The notes: generated by a model not told the origin, from the letters alone. 64,000 nt of DNA from an uncultured bacterium (GCA_963749495.1 CAVVMW010000021.1:832001-896000); one strand, 5' to 3'; numbered from the stretch's first letter, positions 11,913 to 22,274 are shown. Program-made: numbers and translations.

Positions 11913-12917
11913 TTAGCCCCGCGGCAGTTCTTGGAACCGTTCGTAGGCGGCGGGCGAGGCATTCAGGTCCACGCCACCGGGCGCTTTTGGCTTCTGGCCC
12001 CGGCCGTGGTGATAGTCTCTGGGAGTTACGCCCATAAAGGCCCGGAACGTTTTGTTGAAATGGGCGAAGCTGTCGAACCCGACGGCCAGGGCCGCTTCGG
12101 TGACGTTGTACCCGGACTCATTGAGCAAGGCCGCAGCGCGGTGGATGCGGTAGCCTTGAAGGAACCTCACCCAGGACATGCCGAGGGCGTGCTGGAAGAG
12201 CTGTTTGAGGCGCGATTCGCTCAGTCCGGCGGCGCGGGCAACTTCGCTCGCATAGATGGGCTCGCTGTAATGCGTGCGGAGAAATTGGAGGGTCTTCATC
12301 AGGGGCCGCCAGTCCTCGGCCAGTTCCTCGCCGCCGATATTGCGCCCCTGTGCGTGCTCCCAGCGCAGGATGGTGATCAACTGTTCCATCAGCAAGGTGC
12401 GCAAGCGGATTTCCCGGCCCACTTGCGCGCCTTCCGACTCCGTGACCATCTCCCGGAATTGCGCGGTGAGCCGAATGAGGAGCTGCCGCGGGGGGCGCAA
12501 CAGGCGCTGGGCCAGGGATTGGCGGGCGGTGAACCGCCGCAACAGGCGGATGCCGTCGCTTTCGGGGCCGATCTCAATCGGCACCCAGGGCAGAAAATAA
12601 ACCGTGACGAACCGGAGCGGGTATTTCTCGATGACGCCCCAGTGCGGCACGCCCGGACCCAGTATCAGCACGTCTCCGGCCTGGGAGCAGGAGTGTTCAC
12701 TTTCCACAAACATGCGGCCTTCACCTTCCAGACGGATGCTGATCTCGCAGTAGGGATGCCACTCGGGATGCGGCCGGGGCGGGCCCTCCCGAATCGTGCC
12801 GTGGCGCACGTAAATGGGACTCGACTCGTTGACCGGCAGGAGCGACTCAGAGGCGTCGAGCAACCAGGCCAGCTCGTGCGGGTCGGTGGGCTGGGACTTC
12901 ACGGCTCGCATAGGCAA
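11913..12917 (-). CDS. AraC-family transcriptional regulator with cupin domain
   Basis: HPEWHPYCEI cupin; VTEAALAVGFDSFAHFNKTFRAFMGVTP. Confidence 0.93.
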   Translation of the reverse strand: MPMRAVKSQPTDPHELAWLLDASESLLPVNESSPIYVRHGTIREGPPRPHPEWHPYCEISIRLEGEGRMFVESEHSCSQAGDVLILGPGVPHWGVIEKYPLRFVTVYFLPWVPIEIGPESDGIRLLRRFTARQSLAQRLLRPPRQLLIRLTAQFREMVTESEGAQVGREIRLRTLLMEQLITILRWEHAQGRNIGGEELAEDWRPLMKTLQFLRTHYSEPIYASEVARAAGLSESRLKQLFQHALGMSWVRFLQGYRIHRAAALLNESGYNVTEAALAVGFDSFAHFNKTFRAFMGVTPRDYHHGRGQKPKAPGGVDLNASPAAYERFQELPRG

Positions 12918-12951
12918 GCGTGAAATTATGAAACGGCGCGGCCAGCGTCAA

Positions 12952-13761
12952 TCATCCGCCCGCCTTCACGTAATCGAACGGCTCGCCCTGTCTCAGCAAC
13001 CGGTAGCAGCCGCCCAGGCTTTGCAGCTTGAGATTCGTGTGAAGCATCTGGGGAGGCTGGCAGTTGTCCCGGAACAGATCGTGATGGCAGGGAATCACTA
13101 CCTTGACGCCGAGTTGTTTGGCCAGCAGGGCGGCTTCGGCCGGGCCGAGGTTGCGAAAGGCCCCGTTGATGACCGTGACCAACACGTCGGGTTGGTGAGG
13201 AGCGGCCGCGATGGCCAGCACTTCGTGATAAGCCGTATCGCCGGTGAAATAGAACTTCGGCCCGTCCGCTATCGACACCAGGTAACCGACGTGGGTCAGA
13301 TCATCGCCCGCAAAGGGAATGGCAAACGTGGCGCGGATCCTCAGGTCCCCTATCTCGATCTCTTTGTTCGGCCAGATCAGGTTTATTTCGGTCGGCGGGA
13401 CACCCAGGCTCCGCAGCTTTTCGCAACTTTCCGCCGGTGCGATCCAGGGACCTCGGCCTCCGGCGGCGCGGTAGGCGGCCAGGGTTTCAGGGTCGAGATG
13501 GTCCTGGTGGCTATGGGTCAGGAGATAGGCGTCAATACCCTGCAGATCAGCGGGAGCGATGGGCGGCGGCACCTGTTGATCCATGTCAAATCCATACTGG
13601 TCGCCGATCGCCTTGCAGGAGTTGCTCAGGTAAGGGTCCAGGGCGGCGATCTTGCCGGCGGGGCTTTTGAAGATGAAGCCGGCCTGGCCCAGCCACCAAA
13701 GAGTGATCGCTCCCGCCGGCGTCGGGTGCGCCTTGAGAATGGCCATCGTCACACCTGCCAT
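12952..13761 (-). CDS. MBL-fold metallo-hydrolase (UlaG-like lactonase family)
   Basis: LWWLGQAGF, DPYLS, THSHQDHLD, YFTGDT, IPCHHD. Confidence 0.88.
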   Translation of the reverse strand: MAGVTMAILKAHPTPAGAITLWWLGQAGFIFKSPAGKIAALDPYLSNSCKAIGDQYGFDMDQQVPPPIAPADLQGIDAYLLTHSHQDHLDPETLAAYRAAGGRGPWIAPAESCEKLRSLGVPPTEINLIWPNKEIEIGDLRIRATFAIPFAGDDLTHVGYLVSIADGPKFYFTGDTAYHEVLAIAAAPHQPDVLVTVINGAFRNLGPAEAALLAKQLGVKVVIPCHHDLFRDNCQPPQMLHTNLKLQSLGGCYRLLRQGEPFDYVKAGG

Positions 13762-13775
13762 GCGAGTCGGTTGGG

Positions 13776-14558
13776 TTAAAACTCCCGGATATAGCCCGCC
13801 AGCCAGCCCCCGTCCACAGTAATAACTGCGCCATTGAGGTAAGAACTTTCCGGCGCGGCCAGGAACAGAACAGTATAGGCGATTTCCTCGACGTTGCCAG
13901 GGCGGCCGAGTGGAATGTGGGCCAGCATCGTTTGAACCCGATCACTGAACTTGCCGTCCGGGCCGTAAAACAGTTGCCGGGTTCCTTCGGTCAGGATGGA
14001 CCCCGGGGCAACGCAATTGACGAGTATCCCCTGGCTGCCCAATTCGATGGCCATTGAGCGAGTCAAGTTGACCACCGCGGCCTTTGCGGCAACGAAAGGG
14101 CTTTGCAGCCGCGCCGGGACCAGGCCAAGCACCGAGGAGATATTGATGATTCGCCCGGATTTTTGGGCGATCATGCGCCGCGCTGCCGCCCGGCTGACAA
14201 AGAACAGACCGTTCAAGTCCACCTTCAGGATCCGGTCCCATTCCTCGGTTGGGAATTGGTCGATGGTGACCCGGTGAGCCAGGGTATTGACGCCGGCGTT
14301 GTTCACGAGGATGTCCAGGGCTCCAAATTGGCGCGTTATCTGGTCAATGCCAGCCTCCACCTCGCGCTCGTCGGTTACATCCAGACGGAGCGGCACGCCC
14401 CCCGGCGAATCGGCGGCCGAACTGGCGGCGGTGGCGGCATCAACATCCGCAAAGATGACCCGTGCGCCGTTGGCTGCAAGCGTTGCGGCTATGGCCCGGC
14501 CGATGCCGCGCGCGGCGCCGGTGACCAGGGCGGTCTTGCCATCGAGATCGACCTTCAT
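13776..14558 (-). CDS. SDR family oxidoreductase
   Basis: TGAARGIG, LVNNAG, IINISS; FVAAK in place of YxxxK. Confidence 0.9.
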   Translation of the reverse strand: MKVDLDGKTALVTGAARGIGRAIAATLAANGARVIFADVDAATAASSAADSPGGVPLRLDVTDEREVEAGIDQITRQFGALDILVNNAGVNTLAHRVTIDQFPTEEWDRILKVDLNGLFFVSRAAARRMIAQKSGRIINISSVLGLVPARLQSPFVAAKAAVVNLTRSMAIELGSQGILVNCVAPGSILTEGTRQLFYGPDGKFSDRVQTMLAHIPLGRPGNVEEIAYTVLFLAAPESSYLNGAVITVDGGWLAGYIREF

Positions 14559-14728
14559 CACCCCATCATCCGTAGCACAAAGCCGGGGCGGCGACATCCT
14601 TTTTTTGGGCGATTACCGGCGCTTTTCCACGTTCCGGCGCCGGGCTGGATATCTTTCAAAAACAATGTAAAAACGCCGAAAAACAGAAGTGCCCGCCGGT
14701 GATAACCTGTAAACCTCCAGGGACTAAT

Positions 14729-17113
14729 ATGAGTGAAGTGGCAGAGCCCAAGCCGATACGCGCCAGTCTTCCGGGACGGCCCGAATGCATCCGTTTATAC
14801 GAGCAGATGGTGTTGCTGCGGCAGTTTGAACTGGCCGCGCAGAAGAACTACAAGGCGGGGCGGATGCCCGGGTTTATCCATCTCTACGTGGGCGAAGAGG
14901 CGGTGGCGGTGGGCGTCTGCGCCAATTTGGGCAAGGAGGACTGGATTACCAGCACTCACCGGGGGCATGGCCACGCACTGGCCAAGGGATTGCCGGCCAG
15001 GAAACTCATGGCGGAGTTGTACGGGCGCGCGGGCGGTTGCTGCGGAGGGCGTGGCGGCAGCATGCACCTGTTCGATCCCTCGATCGGCTTGTTCGGGACC
15101 AATGGGATCGTAGGCGGCGGTCTGCCGGCCTCCGTCGGGGCCGCCTTGAGCGCCAAGGCCCGGCGCACCGGCCGCGTGGCGGTGGCCTTTTTCGGCGACG
15201 GCGCCGTGAACCACGGGGCCTTTCACGAGAGCGTCAACTTCGCAACGGCGCAGCAGGCGCCCGTCGTCTTCGTCTGCGAGAACAATCTCTATGCGACGGC
15301 CACACCCTTCTCGGCAGCCACCCGAAACCCGTCCGTGGCGAGCCGTGCGGCGGCTTACGGCCTGCCGGGGATCGAGGTGGACGGCAATGACGTGCTGGCG
15401 GTGCATGAAGCGGCCCGGCAAGCGGTCGCGCGCGCGCGCAACGGAGGAGGTCCCACCTTGATCGAGGCCAAGACCTACCGGGTCGTCGGCCACCACGAGG
15501 GGGATCCGCTGGTCGGCACATACCGCACGCAGCAGGAGTTGGATGAATGGCTGCGCCGTTGCCCGATCACGCGCTTTCGCTCCTGGCTTACGGCCGAGGG
15601 ATTCGCCACCGCGGCGGAATTGGCCGAGATTGACGCGCGGGTTCGCCTCGAGGTCGAGGAAGCCGTGGCCTTCGCCGAGACCTCGCCTCCGCCCGATCCG
15701 GCCACCGCAAATCTGCACGTCCTGGCCGACCCCCTCAATCCCGCAGTCGCGCTCGGAGCGGAGCAGCCGCGCGACGGCCGGCTGGTGGAGATGAATTACC
15801 TGGAAGCGGTGCGCGACGGGGTCGCCGAGGAAATGCGGCGCAACCCGCACTTGCTCTATTTCGGCGAGGGGATCGGGGAACGCGGAGGGAGCTTCGCCCA
15901 TACCAAAGGCCTGTGGCAGGAATTCAGCGGGAAGCGCGTGATCGATACGCCGATCTCCGAACTCGCTTTTACCGGCGCGGCGGCGGGCGCCTCGGCCACC
16001 GGCTGCCGGGCGGTCGCCGATCTGATGTTCATCGATTTCCTCTTCGATGCCTCATCCCAGGTGCTGCTGCAGGCCGCCAAATGGCGGTATATGAGCGGCG
16101 GCCAGGTCTCGGCGCCAGTGGTCATCCGGGCCAGCATGGGGGCCATCAAAAACGCGGGACCCCACCACAGCGGGTGCTACTATCCCGTTTACGCCCATTG
16201 CCCGGGGATCATCGTCGTCGTGCCCTCGAACCCGGCGGACGCCAAAGGCCTGATGAAAACGGCACTTCGCGCGTCCGACCCCGTCCTGTTTCTCGAACAC
16301 AAACTGCTCTTCAGCGCCAAGGGGCCCGTTCCAGCCCAGGAGTTTTATGTCCCCTTCGGCCAGGCCAACGTCCTGCGCGAGGGGACCGATCTCACCGTGG
16401 TGAGTTGCGGCGACTGTGTGAACCGCTGCCTCGCCGCGGCCCGCCAGTTGGCCGACGAAGGAGTTTCCTGCGAGGTCATCGACCTGCGCACCATCGTCCC
16501 GCTCGACACCCAGACCATTCTGGCCAGCGTCAGCAAGACCGGGCGGGTTTTGGTGGTCGACAAGGCCCACCCCATGTGTGGAATCGGGGCCGAAATTGCG
16601 GCCCTGCTGATGGAGGAGGCCTTCGACGAACTCGACGCTCCCGCCGGCCGGTTGCATCCCGACCCCGTCTCCCAGCCCTTCTCCCCTTCGCTCGAAGGCG
16701 AGATTATCGTGACCGCGGAGCGAATCGTCGCGGCGGCCAAGGCGGTCATTTCCGGCCGCCCGCCCGTGCCCCGGAGGCCCGAGGGGTCCGCGCCGCACGG
16801 CAGCCAGGCGCCGCTCCTGGCCAGCGGGGCCAAAGCTGGCGCCACGGCGCCTTCCGCGCCTGCCAAGGCCGGGGCCGGCCTCCCCGTTCGCATGCCCAAC
16901 CAGGATTTGACCGTAACCGAAGGCACGGTCGTGCGCTGGCTCAAGCAGCCGGGCGAGACGGTCCGGCTCGGCGAGACGCTGGTCGAAGTCGAGACCGTCA
17001 AGTTGATCGTTCCGGTCGAATCGCCGGCCACCGGAAAGTTGGTCGAGATTCTGGCCGAAGCTGGCGCGGTGGTCCAGCTTGCCCAATCGCTGGGCAGGAT
17101 CCAGCCCGACTGA
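14729..17113 (+). CDS. TPP-dependent 2-oxoacid/acetoin dehydrogenase E1alpha-E1beta fusion with C-terminal lipoyl domain
   Basis: THRGHGH, GRGGSMH, GDGA..N TPP motif; DTPISE, IDLRTIVPLD; EGTVVRWLKQPGE..VETVK lipoyl domain. Confidence 0.9.
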   Translation: MSEVAEPKPIRASLPGRPECIRLYEQMVLLRQFELAAQKNYKAGRMPGFIHLYVGEEAVAVGVCANLGKEDWITSTHRGHGHALAKGLPARKLMAELYGRAGGCCGGRGGSMHLFDPSIGLFGTNGIVGGGLPASVGAALSAKARRTGRVAVAFFGDGAVNHGAFHESVNFATAQQAPVVFVCENNLYATATPFSAATRNPSVASRAAAYGLPGIEVDGNDVLAVHEAARQAVARARNGGGPTLIEAKTYRVVGHHEGDPLVGTYRTQQELDEWLRRCPITRFRSWLTAEGFATAAELAEIDARVRLEVEEAVAFAETSPPPDPATANLHVLADPLNPAVALGAEQPRDGRLVEMNYLEAVRDGVAEEMRRNPHLLYFGEGIGERGGSFAHTKGLWQEFSGKRVIDTPISELAFTGAAAGASATGCRAVADLMFIDFLFDASSQVLLQAAKWRYMSGGQVSAPVVIRASMGAIKNAGPHHSGCYYPVYAHCPGIIVVVPSNPADAKGLMKTALRASDPVLFLEHKLLFSAKGPVPAQEFYVPFGQANVLREGTDLTVVSCGDCVNRCLAAARQLADEGVSCEVIDLRTIVPLDTQTILASVSKTGRVLVVDKAHPMCGIGAEIAALLMEEAFDELDAPAGRLHPDPVSQPFSPSLEGEIIVTAERIVAAAKAVISGRPPVPRRPEGSAPHGSQAPLLASGAKAGATAPSAPAKAGAGLPVRMPNQDLTVTEGTVVRWLKQPGETVRLGETLVEVETVKLIVPVESPATGKLVEILAEAGAVVQLAQSLGRIQPD

Positions 17114-17123
17114 ACGGAACGCC

Positions 17124-18029
17124 ATGTCCCCCACTGCTTCCCTTCCGCGCCGGCGGTCTTCGCGCGTGCTCGCCTCGCCTCGGGCCCGCCGCCTGATGCG
17201 CCAACTTGGCCTCGATCCTCGCCAGATCCGCGGCTCCGGACCGGCTGGGCGCATTATCGAACAGGACGTTCGGACCGCCGTCGGCGCCTCGCCGCCGCAG
17301 CCCGTTGGCGGCTCTGTTCAGCCTGTTGGCGGGCTCTCGGCAATGCGTGCCGCGATTGCCGAGAAAACCGCCGCCAGTTTCTCCACCGTGCCGCACTTTT
17401 ATTTGCGGGTCGAGGCGGATCTCACCTTACTCTGCGAGCTCAAAGAGCAACTGGCACCCGTCGTTGCTCGCAATGCCGGAGTGAAACTCACCCTGACGGA
17501 CCTGCTGTTGCGCGCCATGGCCTTGGCCTCGGCGGAGTTTCCCGTGGCGACCCAGGTCTGGCAGAACCGGACGGTCGTGCAGTTGCCTGGCGTGGACTTG
17601 GGCCTCGTGGTCGGCGTGCCTGATGGGCTGCTCATTCCCGTGATCCGAAACGCCGACAAGCTCGGTCTGGCCGGCCTGGCCAGGCGGCGCGCGGAACTCA
17701 CCGCCGCCGCGCGCACCGGCAAACTGGCGCCCGAGGACACGCGCGGCGGGGCCATGAGCTTGTCCAACCTGGGAACCAGCCCGGTGGACGAATTCGCCGC
17801 CGTGATTGCCCCCGGCCAAAGCACCATGCTGGCCGTCGGCCGCGCCGCGCCTCGTCCATTCGTGGTCCAGGGCCAACTCGCGGTGCGCGCGACGCTGCGC
17901 CTGTGCCTGGCGGCGGATCACCGCGTTATGGACGGCGCGCCAGCCGCCGCGCTCCTGGGCCGGATTGCCGGCTTGCTCGAACATCCCGCGCCCCTGGCGG
18001 CCGGCCTGAGCGCCGCCAGTCCCACGTGA
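17124..18029 (+). CDS. Dihydrolipoamide acyltransferase (E2) lacking a lipoyl domain
   Basis: ASPRARRL..GSGPAGRI E3-binding domain; VPHFY, SNLG, DHRVMDG. Confidence 0.9.
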   Translation: MSPTASLPRRRSSRVLASPRARRLMRQLGLDPRQIRGSGPAGRIIEQDVRTAVGASPPQPVGGSVQPVGGLSAMRAAIAEKTAASFSTVPHFYLRVEADLTLLCELKEQLAPVVARNAGVKLTLTDLLLRAMALASAEFPVATQVWQNRTVVQLPGVDLGLVVGVPDGLLIPVIRNADKLGLAGLARRRAELTAAARTGKLAPEDTRGGAMSLSNLGTSPVDEFAAVIAPGQSTMLAVGRAAPRPFVVQGQLAVRATLRLCLAADHRVMDGAPAAALLGRIAGLLEHPAPLAAGLSAASPT

Positions 18030-18080
18030 GGCCGGGCGGCAGCGGAAATACAAAAAGCGGTTTATAACCAACGCCAACGC

Positions 18081-18254
18081 GGGCGCATCCCGACACCGCC
18101 CCCACCGCCGGGGGCCGGACAGGAGTGCGCCCGTCCCCGGGCGCAGCGACGTCCGGAGCCATGGCAGCGGTCAAACACCCCGGCGCGCCTGCCCGCTCGG
18201 TTGCTGCTGCGCCCGGGGACGGGCGCACTCCGGGGGCCGTGTCAGGATGCGCCC
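18081..18254. repeat. Nested REP-like inverted repeat
   Basis: GGAGTGCGCCCGTCCCCGGGCGCAGC...GCTGCGCCCGGGGACGGGCGCACTCC inside GGGCGCATCC../..GGATGCGCCC. Confidence 0.85.
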
Positions 18255-18531
18255 CGCTAACGCCGCCGGCGAAAAAACCGTTTTTCTTCCCCACAAAACG
18301 GACTAGTCACGCCGCAAATTGCTCCGGGGTATTGAGCTCTGAGCCTTTGAGCCATGATCCGGGCCGGGATTGTGCGCGGGCGCCGACGGCGCCACGTCTC
18401 CGCACGCGGGGCAAGCTGCGAATTGTGGGAAAACTTTGTCCCCCCGTTCCGCTTTTGACCCCGTTCCCGTTTGGGCCGCGCGCGTTTTTGGGGTTGCATG
18501 GATGGAGTCGGAGGATCAAATTGGAACGAAT

Positions 18532-18726
18532 ATGTCGCTGGCAGAGATGCTTCCTGAGATTCGCAACCTTTCGGCAGCGCGTAAATTGCGTTTGATCAGG
18601 CTTCTGGCGGAGCAGGTGGATGTTGAGGGAGACGTTGCGCCTCTAGTACACGGTCGGATCTATATCGTTTCGACGCCCGCTTTCGAACCCGGCGCGAGCG
18701 CGGTTTTCCAACAGGAGCTGAGGTGA
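18532..18726 (+). CDS. Small hypothetical (antitoxin-like) protein
   Basis: MSLAEMLPEIRNLSAARKLRLIRLLAE; overlaps the next gene by GTGA. Confidence 0.55.
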   Translation: MSLAEMLPEIRNLSAARKLRLIRLLAEQVDVEGDVAPLVHGRIYIVSTPAFEPGASAVFQQELR

Positions 18727-18959
18727 GCGGGGATCAGATAAGCCGACTGGCGGACGGACTGTACCGGGAGCGGGTCCTCGAGGCGCGCGCCATGGCGCCG
18801 GAGGACAAGTTACTTGCGGGGGAAGAACTCTTCGAGTACGCGTGCTCGATCACGCTGGCCGGTATCCGCAACCAATTCCCCGAGGCGACTGAGGCCGAGT
18901 GCCGCCGGATACTCGAGGCGCGGCTGGAACTGCGGGAGCGGATGGAGAGCACACCGTGA
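18723..18959 (+). CDS. Small helical protein, putative partner of the nucleotidyltransferase
   Basis: ARAMAPEDKL..GIRNQFPEA; GTGA coupling on both sides. Confidence 0.7.
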   Translation: MSGDQISRLADGLYRERVLEARAMAPEDKLLAGEELFEYACSITLAGIRNQFPEATEAECRRILEARLELRERMESTP

Positions 18960-19519
18960 CGGCCAGCGAGAGCATTGTGGTCCGAGTGGCCGACGCCCTG
19001 GAAGCGGGTGGCGTTGGCTATATGCTGAGCGGCTCGTTCGCCAGCAACTACTATGGCATTCCGCGCTCGACCAAAGACGCAGATTTCGTCCTCCAAGTGC
19101 CCGGCGCCCTGGGAGAGGACTTTGCCGCCCGGCTGGGAGAGGATTTCGTGCTCGATCCTCAAGTGTCGTTCGAGACAAACACCGGGACATTTCGCCAACT
19201 GCTCCGCCATCGGGGCCGGGGTTTCAAGGTCGAGTTGTTCGCGCTTTCGCAGGACGCGCACGACCAGGCGCGGTTTCAACGGCGGCGGACTGCGCCGCTA
19301 TTCGGGCGACATGTCTGGCTGCCCTCGCCGGAGGATGTCATAGTGACGAAGCTCCGGTGGGCGCGAGGCAAAGACAAGGACGACGCCCGGGATGTAATGG
19401 CCGTTCAAGCCCGCAGCTTGGACTGGTCCTACATCCGGGGCTGGTGCAGCCGCCATGGGACGCTCGCCTTACTCGAGCAGATTCAGCACTCCATCCCCGA
19501 CCTGGGCGGGGAGCGGTAG
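18956..19519 (+). CDS. Nucleotidyltransferase-fold protein (TA-like module)
   Basis: YMLSGSFAS..YGIPRSTKDADF, SPEDVIVTKL, KDKDD. Confidence 0.75.
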   Translation: MTASESIVVRVADALEAGGVGYMLSGSFASNYYGIPRSTKDADFVLQVPGALGEDFAARLGEDFVLDPQVSFETNTGTFRQLLRHRGRGFKVELFALSQDAHDQARFQRRRTAPLFGRHVWLPSPEDVIVTKLRWARGKDKDDARDVMAVQARSLDWSYIRGWCSRHGTLALLEQIQHSIPDLGGER

Positions 19520-19834
19520 CCCCTGCGCCTCCGAGCATTGACCCCCACATCGAGACGCGGGAACTGTGGTCAGGATTGAGAACACCGACGAACTGTAGCA
19601 GGCCATCGAGCAGATGGGCCGCATGCAGCGCATCCTCGATTCCCACCGCGCCGACATCCTGTGCAAGAACCCCCGAAACGTCGCGGCTTTCGCCGAGGGT
19701 CCCCCGGACGTGATTCGCGAACTTCGGCCTGAGATCTCCGAATATCTCGGCCGGTTGGCGCAGGTCGGCGCAGCCTGACCGAAGGATTACCGCCAAAGGC
19801 AAGCTGGTGTCAATAGGTTGGACCGACCCCTCCA

Positions 19835-20023
19835 TGCCCCGGAGTGGCTTCCGAAAATAGCCCGGCGTTTCAACGCCGGGTCAGCGAACCGAAAAAGTAG
19901 GTCCGTCCCGAAGGGACGGCTGAGGGCAAGGGGTCTTCTCGGTCGTCCCTTCGGGACGAGGATCCCTTTTCTCGCCCCCCGGCGTTGAAACGCCGGGCTA
20001 TTCTCAGATGTCCCTCCGGGACA
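19835..20023. repeat. REP-like palindromic element (GTCCCGAAGGGAC type)
   Basis: AATAGCCCGGCGTTTCAACGCCGGG...CCCGGCGTTGAAACGCCGGGCTATT; partial copy near 44143-44175. Confidence 0.85.
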
Positions 20024-20237
20024 ACACTTCCGGGGCGCGTGCCCGCCGCTTTTGATCGCAGCCGACGAGCGGTCGGCACTTTCATTGCGGAAAAGCGGGC
20101 GTTCAACTTGCGAATGGTCTCGCGGCGAAACCTCCGTTTTATTGAGGTCTGATCTTAGCGCCTGGCGCTGGTGCGCATATTGATGGATTGCTGCGTCCGG
20201 TAGAGGGCAATCAGGCGGCTTGGGTCGCAATAGAGCC

Positions 20238-20480
20238 TCACCGCCTGCCCTCGATAATGAGTTGGCTCCCGGGCTTGCCGGGTGCGGGCTTGCTTCGGTA
20301 GATAGCGTCCACCTCCGTCCAGGTGGCGGACCAATCATGCCTCCGAGGCCTCGTTTTCAGCGGGATGATCTTCGCCACCGGTGCTTTGCGGTGCGTCACC
20401 TCCACCTCTTCCCCGGCCCGCACCAGGCGCAAGAGGGCCGGGAAGTTGTTTTCAGCTTCCTCAACAGTGACTGTTTTCAT
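20238..20480 (-). CDS. Phd/YefM family antitoxin followed by a decayed PIN toxin start
   Basis: MKTVTVEEAENNFPALLRLVRAGEEVEVTHRKAPVAKIIP; overlapping GTG ORF MRLYCDPSRLIALY terminates early. Confidence 0.8.
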   Translation of the reverse strand: MKTVTVEEAENNFPALLRLVRAGEEVEVTHRKAPVAKIIPLKTRPRRHDWSATWTEVDAIYRSKPAPGKPGSQLIIEGRR

Positions 20481-20771
20481 GTCCTGACCTTCACTGTAGG
20501 CGTAACCGGCTGCAAGCTGTCGATCAGGACAAGGCGGGTGCATCTCCTGATTTCCAACCGCCCTACCCCGGTCTGTTTTGTACGCATGGCGGTGGTGCGC
20601 ATATTGGTGGAGGAGTACAGCCTGCTCGACCTGCCATCGAACGACCCGCAGCTCGAGATCGCGGCTTCGATCGCGGCTACTTCCGACAGTGTAGCCGGTC
20701 AGTGAAGGCGGAGACGGCGTGCGGAGCCGACCCCTCAGCCCGGCCCTCTCGGTCCACGGTTCGGGGCGTGG

Positions 20772-20974
20772 GAATCATTCCGTGTCGCGTAGCGACGCAG
20801 TGAAGGTAGCCGTGGACCTCGGTCCACGGGTTAGGGCGTGGGAATGGTCGCGCGTCGCGTAGCGACGCCTGACGCCGCGGGTTTCAGGCGTCGCTACGCG
20901 ACGCGGTTGAGCTTGGGCCATGGGTCCGTGGACTGGAAGTCCACGGCTACCATCGGGCACCGCTACGCGGTGAG
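20772..20974. repeat. REP-like element (CGTCGCGTAGCGACG type)
   Basis: Repeated GTCGCGTAGCGACG / CGTCGCTACGCGACG and GTAGCCGTGGAC..GTCCACGGCTAC palindromes. Confidence 0.8.
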
Positions 20975-21055
20975 CCGGGGGCAATGACGCTCCCACCTTC
21001 ACTGAGGCCTTACCCGACAGTTCAACCTCTGGTATCTACCCGGCCACCCGGTATG

Positions 21056-21150
21056 CTACTCTCGCGCGGCGCGGGTCCAGGCGAGGATTTCGGCGGCGCG
21101 GTGCTCGACCGCGGCGAAGTCGGCCCGGTTGATCCACTCTTGCTTGGACG
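21056..21150 (-). pseudogene. Possible 3' remnant of a KDPG/KHG aldolase
   Basis: EWINRADFAAVEHRAAEILAWTRAARE* resembles Eda C-termini; upstream frames broken. Confidence 0.3.
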
Positions 21151-21470
21151 GTGAGGTTTTCCTCGCGCGCGTTTGTGATGGCGCCCTGGTCGCCCATGGC
21201 GCTGGCATAAAAGGCCGGGTTGACCCGCAGCGAGGTCGAGGGGGGCCGGCCGGCCTGCCTCGAGGACGTAGCCCCACGGGTTGCGCAACTGGACCCCTTG
21301 CGCTTGGGCCAACTCGCCCAGCAAGCGGATGAGGGCATCGAGCGCGCGGCCCCCCGGGATATGGGTGATGGTTTTCACATAGCGCCCCTCAAACCAGGGG
21401 CGGGTCTGGAAATCCCCCCATTCCAGGCCGGTCGCAAGCTGGATGACCGCCGAGCCGGTTCATGAACCGC

Positions 21471-22274
21471 TTATGCCTCTTCGGCCACCGGGTTGGTGAG
21501 GGCTCCGATCCGGTCGATTTCAATGGTAACGCTGTCGCCCGGCTTGAGCCAGACCGGCGGTTTCCGCGCGAACCCGACCCCATGCGGCGTGCCGGTCAGG
21601 ATCACCGTGCCCGGCAACAACGTGGTGCTCCCGCTCAGGAATGAGACGAGTGACGGCACATCGAAAATCATATCGTCGCAGCGCCAATCCTGCATCACCT
21701 GGCCGTTGAGCAAGGTGCGGAGCTTCAGCGCGGCAGGGTCCGGGATTTCGTCTTTGAGCACCAGGCAGGGGCCCAGCGGCGCGAAGGTGTCGAAGGTCTT
21801 GCCCCGGCACCATTGGCTGCCGCCCCATTTGCCCTGCCAATCGCGAGCGCTGACGTCGTTGGCGCAGGTGTAGCCCAGGACATAATCGAGCGCATTCTCC
21901 TTCGTGGCATTCTTGCAGCGTTTGCCAATGACAACCGCCAACTCGCATTCGTAATCCACTTCGTCGCTTCGGAGATGGCGCGGCAGCAGGATCGGGTCGC
22001 CCGGGTTCTGCACCGCCGCGGGATTTTTCATGAACAGCACCGGGAACGGTGGGAGCTGTGCCTTGCCCTCTTCGGCGTGGCGCCGGTAGTTGAGGCCGAT
22101 GCAGAAGAAGGCGGGCGGCGCCACCGGGGCCAGGAGTTTCTTGATGGCCGCCGGCTCGGACGTGACGGTGTGGGCGCCAAAAATGTCGCCGACGATCTGG
22201 AGTGCCGAGCCGTCGGCCTGCTGGGCGGCATAACGCACCGCGCCCTGTGGGTTTTCGTAACGTATAATTCTCAT
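21471..22274 (-). CDS. Fumarylacetoacetate hydrolase family protein
   Basis: CIGLNY, DYECEL, ANDVSARDWQ, GKTFDTFAPLGP, ILTGTPHGVG. Confidence 0.93.
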   Translation of the reverse strand: MRIIRYENPQGAVRYAAQQADGSALQIVGDIFGAHTVTSEPAAIKKLLAPVAPPAFFCIGLNYRRHAEEGKAQLPPFPVLFMKNPAAVQNPGDPILLPRHLRSDEVDYECELAVVIGKRCKNATKENALDYVLGYTCANDVSARDWQGKWGGSQWCRGKTFDTFAPLGPCLVLKDEIPDPAALKLRTLLNGQVMQDWRCDDMIFDVPSLVSFLSGSTTLLPGTVILTGTPHGVGFARKPPVWLKPGDSVTIEIDRIGALTNPVAEEA

